Position numbers and translations under genes: made by a program. Under the pieces are notes generated by a model that was not told the origin of the DNA, made no database searches, and was given only the letters and a program-made list of their open reading frames with translations. From Octopus vulgaris (Eukaryota): DNA of 64,000 nucleotides. Where the stretch lies: positions 34,844,001-34,908,000 of the forward strand of contig OX597820.1 of NCBI GenBank assembly GCA_951406725.2. The letters are read 5' to 3'. Below are positions 1-13,617 of this stretch, one piece after another. Within the stretch, counting starts at the first letter, position 1; each line of letters starts with the position of its first letter.

Positions 1-20
1 TATATATATATATATATATG

Positions 21-440
21 TTAAATAAAATGAGACAACAAAGCCAAGGCAATGTGTAATTTTCGAGATATTTATAAAGAGAAAGTTAGTCTTACAGCTG
101 TTTCTGAGATATTAGGGATATCCCTTCATCAGAGATGATGTGAGAAGGTTAAATAGAAGGAAATATTAGAGTACAATACGAGGAATTATTTTGGAAAAGA
201 AGCAAATAAGGAGTATATAGGGAAATAGGAGAATGAATGTAGAAATAAAAACAAGAATGTATATAGATGTTACAGTTGCAGTTCCATTATCCAAGGAAAG
301 TGGTGTGTAGAAATGGTAGAAAAGCTTCCTGTCCGTGGTATGTAAATTCCAATAGTTCATATTTTGTCACCGCAAATGGAAAGAGTAGAGACATAGATTC
401 CATGTGTCACCTTAGGTCTTCTGGATACCAATACCTCTCA
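21..440 (-). mobile_element. Non-autonomous Penelope-like element fragment (HHR-bearing terminal region) ending at (TA)n
   Basis: Contains HHR at 90-135; its 3' end (minus strand) abuts (TA)n at 1-20 and the other end abuts a short (TA)n near 440. Confidence 0.55.
90..135 (-). ncRNA. Minimal type I hammerhead ribozyme
   Basis: Minus strand: tct CTGATGA a gggatat cccta atatctc a GAAAC agct GTA aga; palindromic stem III (ACAGCTGT), GUA triplet, 3-bp stem I. Confidence 0.7.
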
Positions 441-476
441 TATATATATATATTCTTTTATTCGACTGTGAGTTTC

Positions 477-812
477 CAAGGTGCAATACAGCTGTTTCAG
501 ACGCGTTGTTTTTTATTGATGAATATACCGATTATATCATGAAAAAAAAAACGTCTCCTTCAGGTGAATTAAAAAACTTAAACCTTAAAATTTAGTTCAG
601 AAAAATATGGAAAAGATATGGAATGTGTGTTGAATGTATGTTGCCAAAAAGAAAGGATCAACACACATTCCATATTTGATATTTTTTCTGAAGCTAATTT
701 TAAATTTTAAGTTTTTAATTCATCTGAAGAAAATGTTTTTTTTTTTTAATGATGTAATGGGTTTATTTATCAATATATAAAAAAACGAGTCCGAAACAGC
801 TGTAAAGCACCT
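477..812. repeat. Diverged inverted repeat (arms about 477-633 and 658-812), each with a degenerate HHR-like core
   Basis: Arms are reverse complements (e.g. atatggaatgtgtgttga / tcaacacacattccatat); both carry CTGAAG(A/G)...GAAACAGCTGTA. Confidence 0.7.
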
Positions 813-844
813 TAACCCAGGTGTGTTCCTTCTTGATATATATT

Positions 845-1072
845 CTTTTATTCATTTATTTGTTTCAGTCATTTGATTGCAGCCATGCTGGGGCGCCGCC
901 TTTTAGTCGAGCAAATCGAACGTCAGAACTTATTGTTTGTAAGCCCAATACTTGTTCTATCGGTTCTCTTTTGCCGAGCCACTAATTTACGGGGACGTAA
1001 ACACACCGGTATCGGTTGTCAAGCAATGTTGGAAGTACAAGCACAGACACACAGACACAGACACAGAAACAC

Positions 1073-1109
<37 letters not shown>

Positions 1110-1213
1110 CGGGCTGCTTTCAGTTTCCGTCTACCAAATCCACTCACAAGTGGGACTGAACCCTGAACGATGTGCTTGGTAAGCAATCTACTTACCACAC
1201 AGCCACTCCCGCG

Positions 1214-1216
<3 letters not shown>
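845..1216 (-). mobile_element. tRNA-derived SINE family A (internally deleted copy)
   Basis: Matches other family A copies: GGCGTAGGAGTGGCTGTGTGGTAAG head, GGTTCAGTCCC B-box-like motif, internal (TA)n(TG)n, ATGACTGAAACAA tail. Confidence 0.85.
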
Positions 1217-1265
<49 letters not shown>

Positions 1266-1311
1266 GAGAGAGAGAGAGAGAGAGAGAAAATTACGCATGT
1301 ATATATATGCG

Positions 1312-1365
<54 letters not shown>

Positions 1366-1494
1366 CTTTATACACATATTTCATGTACACAGACATGTGT
1401 ATAGACATGTCAGTAGATAAACATATTTACGTGCGTAAACACGCATGCAAACGAATACACTTCACTCACGCCCAACGCACATACATAAACAGAA

Positions 1495-1550
<56 letters not shown>

Positions 1551-1589
1551 CTTACGCATACTCACATACATATATAATATATACCCATT

Positions 1590-2700
1590 ATCCGAGGGAA
1601 GTAAGTTAATTAATATGTCTGTTATTAGATATAATTTTTTGCAAGATAGTTTAAACTACAATTTTTATCAAATCAATATGTTTGCTGGGTATTTATTCCT
1701 GCTAATTATTGCGCAGCAAGAATTACCAGCAGACATACATATTTGATAAAGGAAAATCTCATTAATTTATTAATTATTTGAATTTAAAAATAACGATTAA
1801 CACTAACCTCAAAATAGCTCAGTTTCTTGACATAACATTAATTTTGACGTACAATCACCCCACATTCACTTCCTATGGGAAACCTAACGAAAATTCATAG
1901 TAAATCCGTAATAATTCAGAATATCAGCCAGCTATCTTATCCACTAATTTTAGACTTCACATATTTGCGGAAGAGTAAATGCTTGCTTAAGTGAGCAGCA
2001 ACTGGCATGATGAATATGCATATAATATTGCAGCAGATTATTATAGCAAAGCTCTGACAAGATAAAATACACCAGGAACAACAATAACACCAAATGTATC
2101 AGAGGAAAACATAAAACGGTATTTAATCCTACTTTCAGTCTAAAAGTGAGCAACTGTCTGCTTCCTCGGAAAGATAATAAAAATTGTAAATACTCGTATA
2201 CATTTTCTCCAGTAATCATAGATATTACATGATCTTTGCCGAGTTCTTGTCGGAAATTGGCCAAAGGAAGCACGATTTTCCCAATAACCTGAATTCTGGT
2301 CAACCATATAACTATATACTTCCTGTCTTATGCCCCTAAGTGAACGTCTAACAAATTCTATAGCCTACGGTAATGAATAGCGAAGTGACACTAGTAAGTA
2401 TATCAATAATTAACACTTATATTGGCTCTAGGTTTATTCCGCGAAAGGTGCGATAAACTTAACAAACTTAGACATCCAATCTTAGAAACTCAGTCAGTTG
2501 TACAGATAAAACTTTTTCAAGATACATAGAGGATTTAAAAGATAAACTTACCAGTTTCAATATGAAACGAAAAATTTAAAACAACTATGAACGTCCTATT
2601 GAGAACCTACCTTTTTGCAGATATCCATAGTCACTGAAGAACTATAAAATATATTACCTGTTTAATTTCATTATACAGACTTAGAAAACACACACGTTAT
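1590..2700 (+). pseudogene. Degenerate Penelope-like element ORF (RT C-terminus/thumb, linker, GIY-YIG endonuclease)
   Basis: Hand translation across stops and frameshifts gives LKITINTNLKIAQFLDITL...SYGKPNEN, RGKHKTVFNPTFSLKVSN, INTYIGS, RYIEDLKDKLTSFNMKRKI, colinear with PLE motifs FLDVTL..YRKPN, IIWFNPPFS, YIG, KYIWxLKD. Confidence 0.75.
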
Positions 2701-2963
2701 GGGGCTTTGTTTTGCCCCATACATCATAATAATTGAAAAGAAATCATATTTTTCATCGTTTCTCTCTCTTTTACTTTTGTTTCTCTTGTATTTACCGCCT
2801 CCTTTTCTTATTTCTGCAGCTGCTTCCACTCCACACTTCCCAAATGTATCATTAGATACATTTTTATCCAAACATTACTATAAACAGCCAATAAAATCTT
2901 ATATTTACTTTTACATACCAGTCTACGTGTATACAAGTGAATGTTCAGCACTACATAGGCATA

Positions 2964-3015
<52 letters not shown>

Positions 3016-3019
3016 CTCT

Positions 3020-3065
<46 letters not shown>

Positions 3066-3286
3066 ATATATATATATATATATTTATATATACACACACA
3101 TATATGTATCTATCTATCTATCTATATATATGTATGTATGTATGTGTGTGTGTGTGTGTGTGTGTGTATGTATATATATATATATATATATATAATGTAC
3201 TGTTCTGTGATAGAAAATTCAACAAATTACTCCATTTGGCGAGAAGTAAATATTATTTATTTAAAGGTCACAATACATATATAAAA

Positions 3287-3339
3287 GCGCTACTAACAAT
3301 TTCGTATGTTGAGAAAACTCAGACATATTCTTCAGGCGC
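3287..3339 (-). ncRNA. Type I hammerhead ribozyme
   Basis: Minus: gcgc CTGAAGA atatgtctgagttttctcaacatac GAAA ttgttag TA gcgc; about 95 nt from (TA)n ending near 3193. Confidence 0.65.
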
Positions 3340-4014
3340 AAACCACATATCATAACGAATTCTAAAAAATTGAATAATAGAAGAAGCACGAAAAAACCGA
3401 GAAGGCAGCATATAGGAAATGCAGAAAGTAAATAGCAAAACAGAAAAACAAAAATATCAGAATATCATATAGATCAGTTATTGATTTATTGAATGTATTT
3501 GTACGTGGAGAGAGGATAAACTCTCTTGAATTATTAATAATATTTTCAACCGACACCAAATGAGAAAGAAAGTGAAGAACCAAAAACCTCTCCAGTCAAG
3601 AATCAAAACTTCCCCGGCATGAATATTCAATAACGGAAAAGACGGCTTCCTTGCTAGAGACCAGGGAAGAACCCTAAAAACTATTTCTACCGCAATAGGC
3701 GTCACCAGCAAAGCATTTTTTCTGTCTTACTATTTAAACAAAAATACTGGACAAACGTTGCGTTTCACAACCACATTGCGAGAATTCCACCCTTTATGAA
3801 TAGTCAACTATTACAACCGCGCATGCCATGTTTGTGAAGCACAAAATCTGTTTTTACTATGGTTTGCACAGCATCCTTACAAACAGCAAGTGTGTATCTT
3901 AAATTTTATGCAGTATTTCGTACTAAACTAATTGGTATTGTTCAAACTAACGATTACACAAATTTACACACTCACAAACACAAACACACACGTACAAACA
4001 CAAACACGCATACA

Positions 4015-4048
<34 letters not shown>

Positions 4049-4084
4049 AATATATATATATATAAATATATATATATAATATAA

Positions 4085-5615
4085 TTCGAGACAAAACCAC
4101 TATTTTGCAAAACAAACAAGGAAAGACTTAATCAATACATAAAAATTTTTAATATAAAGAAATAAACCGCCACTACAATCGTTTCATGTCTTCAATGACA
4201 TTCGTCAGGTGGATTTTCGATCTAAAATATCAATATATTAAAATATAAGTTTAAAATAATAAAATTATCAATGAAAAATATAAATATATATAATCTATAT
4301 ATAATCTATATATAATCAATATATAATCTAAAATAAACCCTATAAACAATTGAATATAAAGAAACCTATTATTAAAGTTCTCATATTTAAAGATGTACAA
4401 AAAACAAAAAACAAAACAAAAACAAAAAACAAAAACAAAAACAAAAACAAAATAAAAATAAACTATATATACACATATGCTCATACACATATAACTAAAT
4501 ATATATAACCATATCTAAATACATACACTAACTCACACACCAATATATATATCTCTATACGTACACATAAAACCGTCTAGGCAACAATAAATGAATAAAT
4601 AAAAAAAATAGCCAAATACTTCAACACATTACTTATTCTTACTCCCTCACACACACATACAACCCACAGTCATAAACAATATACATATACCCGCTCACAC
4701 ATACATATACATACATACAGAACTCGATATATACACCAATATATTCACACCCACACCCATACAGATAAATAAATTACGCAAACAATCACACACACACACA
4801 CATTCACACATACATAAACACTCAAAAGAAAATAAACAATTCTTAGCACGTGGTGATCGAACTTTGTTTTTAAAAAATTATAAATGGAAAGAATGGAATA
4901 ATATTTAATCAACGTAAAAATACAGAATTAACTCCAAAATCATTAATAAACCAAACATGATAATGAAACCCATATATACATATAATGATAAAACACCCTT
5001 TACCATACACAGTAATACCTATATAGCAATCCCCATAATACATTCACACACAAAACTACACATACGTAAAACACACACCCATAACATATACATATACCCC
5101 CTCACATATACATATACATACGTACTAAACTCGATATATACAACAATATATTCACACCCACACCCATATAGATAAATAAATTACACAACCAAGTACGCAC
5201 ACACACACACATTTACACATACATAAACACTCAAAAGAAAAACAACATATCTACACATAATACGATTTGCGCGTGGAGAACGAACGTTATTCAAAATTAT
5301 GAATGGAATAAATGGAATAATATTTTAAACACTTAAACAGACAGAAATTACTACAAATTCTTTAATAAAACTACCATGATAAGCGAAAACACCTATATAC
5401 ATATAACGATAAAATCTCCCTTTACTAAACACTATAACATACCTATATAGCAATCCCCCTATCTATACATTCACACACAAATACACACACGTAAAACACA
5501 CACCCACTACATATACATATACCCACTCCACTCACACATACATATACATACGTACAAACCTCGATATATACATCAAAATATATATACATCAAAATAACAT
5601 CAAAATAACGACACT
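4085..5615 (-). mobile_element. Non-autonomous PLE-like element with internal 410-430 bp imperfect tandem duplication
   Basis: HHR at 4170-4212 near its (TA)n-abutting end; ctcgatatatac anchor recurs near 4722, 5130 and 5560. Confidence 0.5.
4170..4212 (-). ncRNA. Type I hammerhead ribozyme (canonical core)
   Basis: Minus: ccac CTGACGA atgtc attgaa gacat GAAAC gatt GTA gtgg; stems I, II and III all pair. Confidence 0.85.
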
Positions 5616-5636
5616 TTTAATACCTCTTATAAAGTA

Positions 5637-6029
5637 CTAGCAGTATCGCCCGGCGGTGCTCGGGTTTGTTCCGACCCTTTAGAATTGGAATTTTTGAAAA
5701 GTAAAAATGTTGCATTATGTAGCTTGTTATTCTGTTTAAGTGAACATTTTTTTTGGTTGAAATACAGCGAAAAAATGGCGACACTGCAGTCAAAATATCG
5801 TAAAAAATAGGGATTTTCATAGAAAAAAAAGCACCTTTTTGATGTAAATAATTTTTGGTCTTAACATGGTCCGATTTGAATTTTACCTTCTAGGGAATGA
5901 AGATCAAGCCTTCTTCTATCATACTCTCAATTTTGGTCAACTTGCGCCGCAGGGTCTCGGAGGAGATAGTGTTAGTTGAAGGCTACCAAACCTGCCATAT
6001 ACAGACAACTTCAGCTTTATATAAATAGA
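5637..6029 (-). mobile_element. Non-autonomous Helitron
   Basis: Minus strand starts TC, ends with GC-rich hairpin CCCGAGCACCGCCGGG then CTAG, inserted between A and T; termini shared with 33186-33699. Confidence 0.75.
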
Positions 6030-6576
6030 TTTTAAAGTCTTGTAAAGTCTAATATATTCTTACGTAGTGTTATACCATCTTATGAATATTTATTTTGCAA
6101 TAAAATGCATACTGAGGAAAGACTTTTTGATCACCCTGTATATTACATTATATTATATTATATTTTGTATAATTTCAACATAGTGGTAGATCGTTGTTCC
6201 AATTAAAATCACACAGACAATGTTGCATTCAGTTTTATTATGTAACATTAATATTTTCTAACAACACCATTTAAATAATAAGATATCAGATGACGTTCGT
6301 TGTTTTACATCTACTGCAACTCACTGATAGCCAACTTGAATGCATGGCTCGGTTTCCTTGTCTCTATTAAAGTCAATTGTTGACCAGCCCTTGTAAGATA
6401 TCGGGTGTTTGTTTTGAATTTACAATATATATGTGTATGTCTGTGTGTGAGTGAGTGTGAGTGTGTGTGTATGTGTAGATGTGTCAATTACATACATATG
6501 TATATTTATCAATATACATACATATATATATTAATGTATGTATATCATATATATGTAAGTATATACGTGTGTGAGT

Positions 6577-6617
<41 letters not shown>

Positions 6618-7551
6618 ATGCACAAACTCACAAAGACATCTACACAGCCACACACACACACACACACACACACATGTATATTGAGAGTGTATGTACGCAA
6701 ATTGATTTAGACAGGTCAGTAACACTAACTAACAATGGATGCAATCAAATTATATTATCTAAGTAACTTATAGGATATGCATAGCCAACAACTCGCCTAT
6801 TACTGCTCCCAGCACCACCAATAACTACAACAACAACAAGTGCACTACCACAGTCGGTGCAAATACCACAACATTGCCTGTAATCAACTAAAGGAACAGT
6901 GAAGACATCACTTGAGATAAGAAAACAAACAAACAAACAAAAATGAAGAGGATCCTAAGAGTTCAGAAGTTCATCTTGTATTACACGTCCCATATGAATA
7001 AATATCATTCACAGTCTGCGAAATAACAGCAATCACGTAGATGTAGGAAGAGAATGAGACAAAGAAGAAGTGTGAAATACGTACACCTCATGCCTATACT
7101 CGTATATGCAGATATATACAGAATTAACAGAATCATTAATTCTTACACACATAAGCAGGCATACAAGGAATAGAACATATACATATATCAGTGCGTTATA
7201 CAGGCATAAACTTATCAAAACGAACACGTAACGTGCTGCGTTATATTATAAATGAATATGTATATGTGTATATGTGTATGCCTTTAGAAACACGTAGATA
7301 CATAAAAATTCAGGGATATTTTATATCATGATCTATATGTGTATGCATGTGTGTGTATGTGTGTGTACAAGAAGCTTACATACGTTCATACATACATTAT
7401 ATGTGCATGTATATGTATGTATGTGTGTATGTATGTATGTATGTATGTATGTATGTATGTATGTATGTATGTATGTATGTTTGTATGTATGTATGTATGT
7501 ATGTGTGTGTATGTATATATGTATGCATGCATGTATGCATGTATGTATATA

Positions 7552-7615
<64 letters not shown>

Positions 7616-7669
7616 TAAAACTTAGATATGTTTCGACCAAAGATTGGTCCAGGCCGTGACCTCGTGTGT

Positions 7670-7862
7670 ACCGTTGGCGATTTTTTTTTCCTCTGTCTTC
7701 CCTTCTCTGGATCTTTCCTTCTCCTATGTTTCCGACGAAGAGCTCCGCTCGAAACGTTAAACCCTCCTTCGTCCCTTCTTTCCTCAGCGTCCAATAATAC
7801 TATATTTGTTCCACGTCCTCGCGTTGTTGTGTTTTTTTGTGTTTTCTTGTTTGGATTAACTT
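7670..7862 (+). mobile_element. Short PLE-like HHR element (family P1)
   Basis: Reverse-complement match to 9413-9602, partial copy at 17441-17531; ends ggattaac + (TA)n. Confidence 0.75.
7728..7762 (+). ncRNA. Minimal loop-less HHR, mutated core (CCGACGA)
   Basis: gttt CCGACGA a gagc tcc gctc GAAAC GTT aaac. Confidence 0.5.
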
Positions 7863-8048
7863 TATATATATATATATATATATATGCGTGTGTGTGTCTG
7901 TGAGTACAGGCGTACATTCATACATAAATGCATACATATACGTACATACGCAAACAAGCACAAGCTACTTATTAAGCACTTACAAGTTAAACTTATAAGT
8001 TATATAACCTAACCTAACAAAATATAATATAGTATAATATAATATACA

Positions 8049-8425
8049 AGGCGGCGAGCCGGCAGAAACGTTAGCACGCCGGGCGAAGTGCGTAGACATA
8101 TTTCGTCTGCCGTTACGTTCTGATTTCAAATTCCACCGAGGTCGACTTTGCCTTTCATCTTTCGGGGTCGATTAAATAAGTACCAGTTACGCCCTGGGGT
8201 CGATATAATCGACTTAATCCGTTTGTCTGTCCTTGCTTGTCTTCTCTTTGTTTAGCCCCTTGTGGGTAGTAAAGAAATAGGTATTTCGTCTGTCTTTACG
8301 TTCTGAGTTTAAATTCCGCCGAAGTCGACTTTGTCTTACATCCTTTCGGGGTGCTTACTGCGGTCGATCTTATCGACTGGCCCCCTTCCCAAAAATTCGG
8401 GCCTTGTGCGTAAAGTAGAAAAGAA
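8049..8425 (+). mobile_element. SINE family B (full copy plus partial tandem copy)
   Basis: AAGGCGGCGAG(C/T)TGGCAGAA head, GAGTTCAAATTCC B-box, central GTCGACTTTGCCTTTCATCCTTTCGGGGTCGA domain; many copies in window. Confidence 0.85.
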
Positions 8426-9305
8426 TATATGTATGCCAAAAATTTTTTCTTTTTTTTTTTTTGCTTTTCACTTTAACTTATCGTCATAATAATGGAATTC
8501 AAACATTTTTCTCATTTTCTATCATTTTCGAATTTTACACAATCTCGCCTTCTTTGTTTTGCAGTAACACACCAGAAAAACGCTTCCTTATTCCTATGTG
8601 CTTCTGCTAAACACATGCGCACACTTGTACCTAACAACTTCCATTTTGCTTTTGCCATCGCATGTTCTCCATCAATACCTTTGTTTTCATACACTGGCAC
8701 ACTCTCCCACATCTAATAAACGTCTCCACACTAATCAACGAAACATTGCACATCAACAACAGCAACCTCCCATATCTAATAAACGCCTCCGTATTGTCAT
8801 ACTTCTACACATCTGTACACTTACATATGCCACACTAACACACACAGGCACACGACACTCCTTATGCTCACTTCCAGACGCAGATAAACTTTGTTACATG
8901 TTTCGGCACACCCACTAGTTTCTCACTTCTTAACTAGACCCCCAACCACATCAAACAGCAATCCCCATCCTAGATTCTAATCCTCTGGTTTACTCAAGCG
9001 TGAACCCTCCCCCTCCCCTCTCTTTCTCTCTCTCTCTCACTCTCTATCTATCTATCATTTACACTCTCGTTATTACTCTTTCTCACTCTATCAAAGCTTC
9101 TCATTTTCTTACTTTTCTTCTGATGGATGACAAACGCGCGAAATGCTGAGAAACTAAAGTGTTAAACTAATACCATATTCGTCGAAATTTGTCCTTCATT
9201 TACATATATACATGCTCACACATATACGCACATATATGTGACTGTGTGAACGATAATGACGATAATGATAATATATTACATACATACATACATACATACA
9301 TATGT

Positions 9306-9343
<38 letters not shown>

Positions 9344-9351
9344 GTACATCC

Positions 9352-9394
<43 letters not shown>

Positions 9395-9412
9395 CATGTA
9401 CATATATATATA

Positions 9413-9602
9413 GTTAATCCAAACATGAAAACACAAAGAGAAAACACAACAACGCGAGGACGTGGAACGAGTATAGCGTTATTGGACGCTCAGGAAAGGA
9501 AAGAAAGGAGGATTTTACGTTTCGAGCGGAGCTCTTCCTCAGAAACATAGGAAAAGGAAAGATCGAAGGAAGGGAGGACGGAGGAAAAAAATCGCCAACG
9601 AT
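9413..9602 (-). mobile_element. Short PLE-like HHR element (family P1)
   Basis: Homologous to 7670-7862; 3' end abuts (TA)n. Confidence 0.75.
9513..9545 (-). ncRNA. Minimal loop-less type I HHR
   Basis: Minus: ttt CTGAGGA a gagc tcc gctc GAAAC GTA aaa; stem III is the palindrome ACGT. Confidence 0.65.
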
Positions 9603-9609
9603 ACATACA

Positions 9610-9642
<33 letters not shown>

Positions 9643-9643
<1 letters not shown>

Positions 9644-9892
9644 CCGAGTGCCTCATAAACCTTTACCCATTGTTCAAAAACAAATTGAAACATTTTTATT
9701 CGCAAAAATGTTGTATAATGCTTCCCAACATTCTGTTGTTTTATTGTATACCTTTCATCAAATATAGCGGTTCAAAGAAAACACAACAAATTGCAGTACA
9801 GAAAATGACAAAAATGAAGAACTATGAGGTGATAAAACAATTGAAAAAAGATTAAGGACTATGGTGAAAGCAAAGGGTGGCCATTTTGAATA
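9643..9892 (+). mobile_element. Tc1/mariner deletion remnant
   Basis: TA-CCGAGTG TIR-like start; 9838-9892 translates IEKRLRTMVKAKGGHFE, typical of a Tc1/mariner transposase C-terminus. Confidence 0.45.
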
Positions 9893-10123
9893 CATACATA
9901 ATACATACATATGTATATATAAATGTGTGTATTTTTGCCTTGTTAACAATTAACGCGGAAAAAATAAATAGTTGCCAGGGTAGCAAAATATCACACAAGT
10001 AAAGAGAAGATTGCTTTGTTTTATACCATTTATTCTTTTGAATAATATTAGTGGAATTTTCGAAACATGTGTCGAAAGTAAAAGTATTTGATTTATACCT
10101 GCGTTAAACTCCATTTATTTATT

Positions 10124-10191
<68 letters not shown>

Positions 10192-10259
10192 TACATATAT
10201 ATATACATATATATTTTTATGTACATATATGTATATATAGACTGTACACAGAAATGTAT

Positions 10260-10303
<44 letters not shown>

Positions 10304-10433
10304 ACATATATTATTATGTATGTATGCATGCATTTCTGTATATATGTATACCTCTCTATATGTATATGTATGTAGGTGAAGCATCTATGACGTATGTGCT
10401 GTATGAATGTATCAAAACAAAAATGATGCACAC

Positions 10434-10434
<1 letters not shown>

Positions 10435-10471
<37 letters not shown>

Positions 10472-10637
10472 AGGCGGTGGTGGTGGTAACAGTAGTAGTG
10501 GAGGTGGTGGTGGTGGTAGCAGTAGTAGTGGAGGTGGTGGTGGTGGTGGTGGTAGTAGTAGTAGTAGTACTAGTAGTAGTAGTAGTAGCAGCAGCAGTAA
10601 TAGTAGTAGTAGCAGTAATAGTAGTAGTAGTAGTAAC
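10435..10637. repeat. Compound (GTA)n/(GTG)n/(GCA)n trinucleotide repeat
   Basis: Directly visible. Confidence 0.95.
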
Positions 10638-11111
10638 GATTGACGAGTGAATGTTACTTAAAGACAACATTTGTTGTAATGTTCCCTCCCGGTCAGCCTC
10701 ATGATGTCACACTCATCGCATAAACAAACAAACATTCATCTAACTGTACTCTCCTGTTTCATCTAACATCACTCATTATGAATGACCGTATTTTCATTTA
10801 TATATTTGTTTGTTTAATTGTTTATTTATTTTAATGAGCTATTTAAGACTGCCCCACTCGCTCACTTTCTTTTTTTCCTTCGTTCACTCTCCCTTAATCT
10901 TCCTTGGTTTATCTTTCTTCAGTTTCCTCTCCCTAATTCCACGCCCACATATACACACACGTACGCACATACGCACGTACGCACACACCCACATACATAC
11001 GTGTGTGTATATAAAATATATAGAAACACCTATCAACATACATTATATACTTACGTATATATATACATTATAAACATACATACATACATAATAAATACAT
11101 CATATACATAT

Positions 11112-11551
11112 ATTTATTTCTTTATTGCCCACAGGGGGCTAAACACAGAGGGGACAAACAAGGACAGACATGGGTATTAAGACGATTACATCAACCCCAA
11201 TGATTAACTGGTACTTATTTAATCGATCCCGAAAGGATGAAAGGCAAAGTCAACCTCACATACATGCATGCGGGCATACCTGCCTACCTACCTACCTACC
11301 TACCTACCTACCTACCTACCTATTTCTTTATTACTCGCAAGGGGCTAAACACAGAGGGGACAAACAAGGACAGACATAGGTATTAAGTCGATTACATCGA
11401 CCCCAGTGCGTAACTAGTACTTAATTTATCGATCCCGAAAGGATGAAAGGCAAAGTCGACCTCGGCGGAATTTGAACTCACTCCGTAACGCAGACGAAAT
11501 ACCGCTAAGCATTTTGGCCGGCATGCTAACGTTTCTGCCAGCTCGCCGCCT
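11112..11551 (-). mobile_element. SINE family B (full copy plus 3' partial copy)
   Basis: Reverse complement of family B consensus. Confidence 0.85.
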
Positions 11552-12207
11552 TATATACCTACCTACCTACCTACCTACCTACCTACCTACCTACCTACCT
11601 ACCTACCTACCTACCTACCTACATACCTACCTGCATACATGCATGCATACATACATACATAAATACATATGAAGTCACGGAATCTGAATGCTTATTGCGA
11701 TGCGTGGGAGTTGTAGCTTCAGATTATTAAACCATCGGAATTTTTACATTTTGTAGCTTTTGACCCACCTTGTATTTATAACATATGTGTAAATTTGTAT
11801 GTGTGCATGTGTGTATGTATACGTATATGCAGGCATATATATATATATATATGCCTGCATGTACGTATACATATACATACAAACAGAAACATACACACAC
11901 GCACACATGCACACACACGTACACACGCATACACACATGCACACATACATACACACGCATTAAACTCAAACCGACTATTGGTATTGTGAATTCGTTTAAT
12001 ACAGGTGTTTCAGATCATTATGTAAGAGATAAAGATTTCATCTCTTACATAACATCAACAGGTAAAGACTGAGCTTTGAAGATTAGAGTATTATACATAC
12101 ATACATACATACATACATACATACATAATAGCCCCATATACCTCGTTTACAGCCAAAAAGACGGGAAATGTCACGGTTAAGCATACCGCCAAAATCGTCA
12201 CTGTATG

Positions 12208-12238
<31 letters not shown>

Positions 12239-12573
12239 CATACATACGTACAAAATAAGTTCAATATGAACTGGAATTGTAAAAAACATGTTTCAATCTT
12301 TCTAAAATTGAATAAAATAAATAAAATGATGGCGAACACACGCGTCCTTGCACATGGTGAACAAAATGATAATGATAAAGTAATATAAACGAAATGTCAA
12401 ATGTTTTGGCCACACTTTTTAGGTTTGTTCTAAAGCAGACTCAAATCTAAAAATAATTTAACATTAAACTAAACATACACAAGAGTTTTGAGCAGAGTAA
12501 ATATCTATTCACATTTATAAATAAAAGGTTGACTAATAACGTTCTTCTCAAAATTATAACATATATACATACA

Positions 12574-12662
<89 letters not shown>

Positions 12663-12851
12663 CGTTATGGTATATACAGCATAAAGCTCGTACACCTTCA
12701 GATTTCACCGTGTGCTGTCCAGTAGTATTATTATTCGTACTTCCCGGTTTGCGTTTGGGCACCTGTAGTATGTGAATAGATAACTGAAAAAATTGGAGTC
12801 AACATATATATTTATATGTATGTCTATACAGTTATATACATACGTACATAC

Positions 12852-13003
<152 letters not shown>

Positions 13004-13291
13004 ATACACATATATCGTAGAATGAGAAATAGAAAATCCTTGGAACAGTATTATATATTTGAAAAAATGAATAGAAATGGTTTTTCTGATAATTTTTTTC
13101 CACTTTAATCATTAGATGTTTGTAAATTTAAATCTAATTATTAAAGTGGAAAAATTATTAGAACACCCATTTCTATTAATTTTTTTACAAATATACAAAT
13201 ATATATGTGTATACATACATACATACATACATACATACATACATACATACATACATACATGCATGCATGCATACATACATACATACATACA

Positions 13292-13327
<36 letters not shown>

Positions 13328-13339
13328 CGTACATATATA

Positions 13340-13391
<52 letters not shown>

Positions 13392-13394
<3 letters not shown>

Positions 13395-13617
13395 CCATGC
13401 TGGACCGTTGAACTTTGTACAGTTGTTTCCCTCTCTGTTTTTTGTATTCTCTTTCTGTTTATTTTAATTCTCTTGTTATGTTTCCCCTCTTAATCCTTTC
13501 TGTTGAAGAGCGTTGACTCGAAACGTAAAAGACTTTTCCATTTTTCCTGACCGTTAAACTAATACACCTGATTGTTGTTCCTACGCCTGTCTTCGTCTTT
13601 TGTTTTCCGTAAATTTG
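13392..13617 (+). mobile_element. Short PLE-like element with degenerate minimal HHR (13496-13531), between two (TA)n tracts
   Basis: cttt CTGTTGA agagcgttgactc GAAAC GTA aaag; downstream resembles family P1. Confidence 0.55.

Noticed and set aside
10219-10670. Poly-Val / poly-Thr / Ser-Gly ORFs resembling mucin or low-complexity proteins
   Set aside because: Trinucleotide microsatellite, open in three frames, with no supporting exon context
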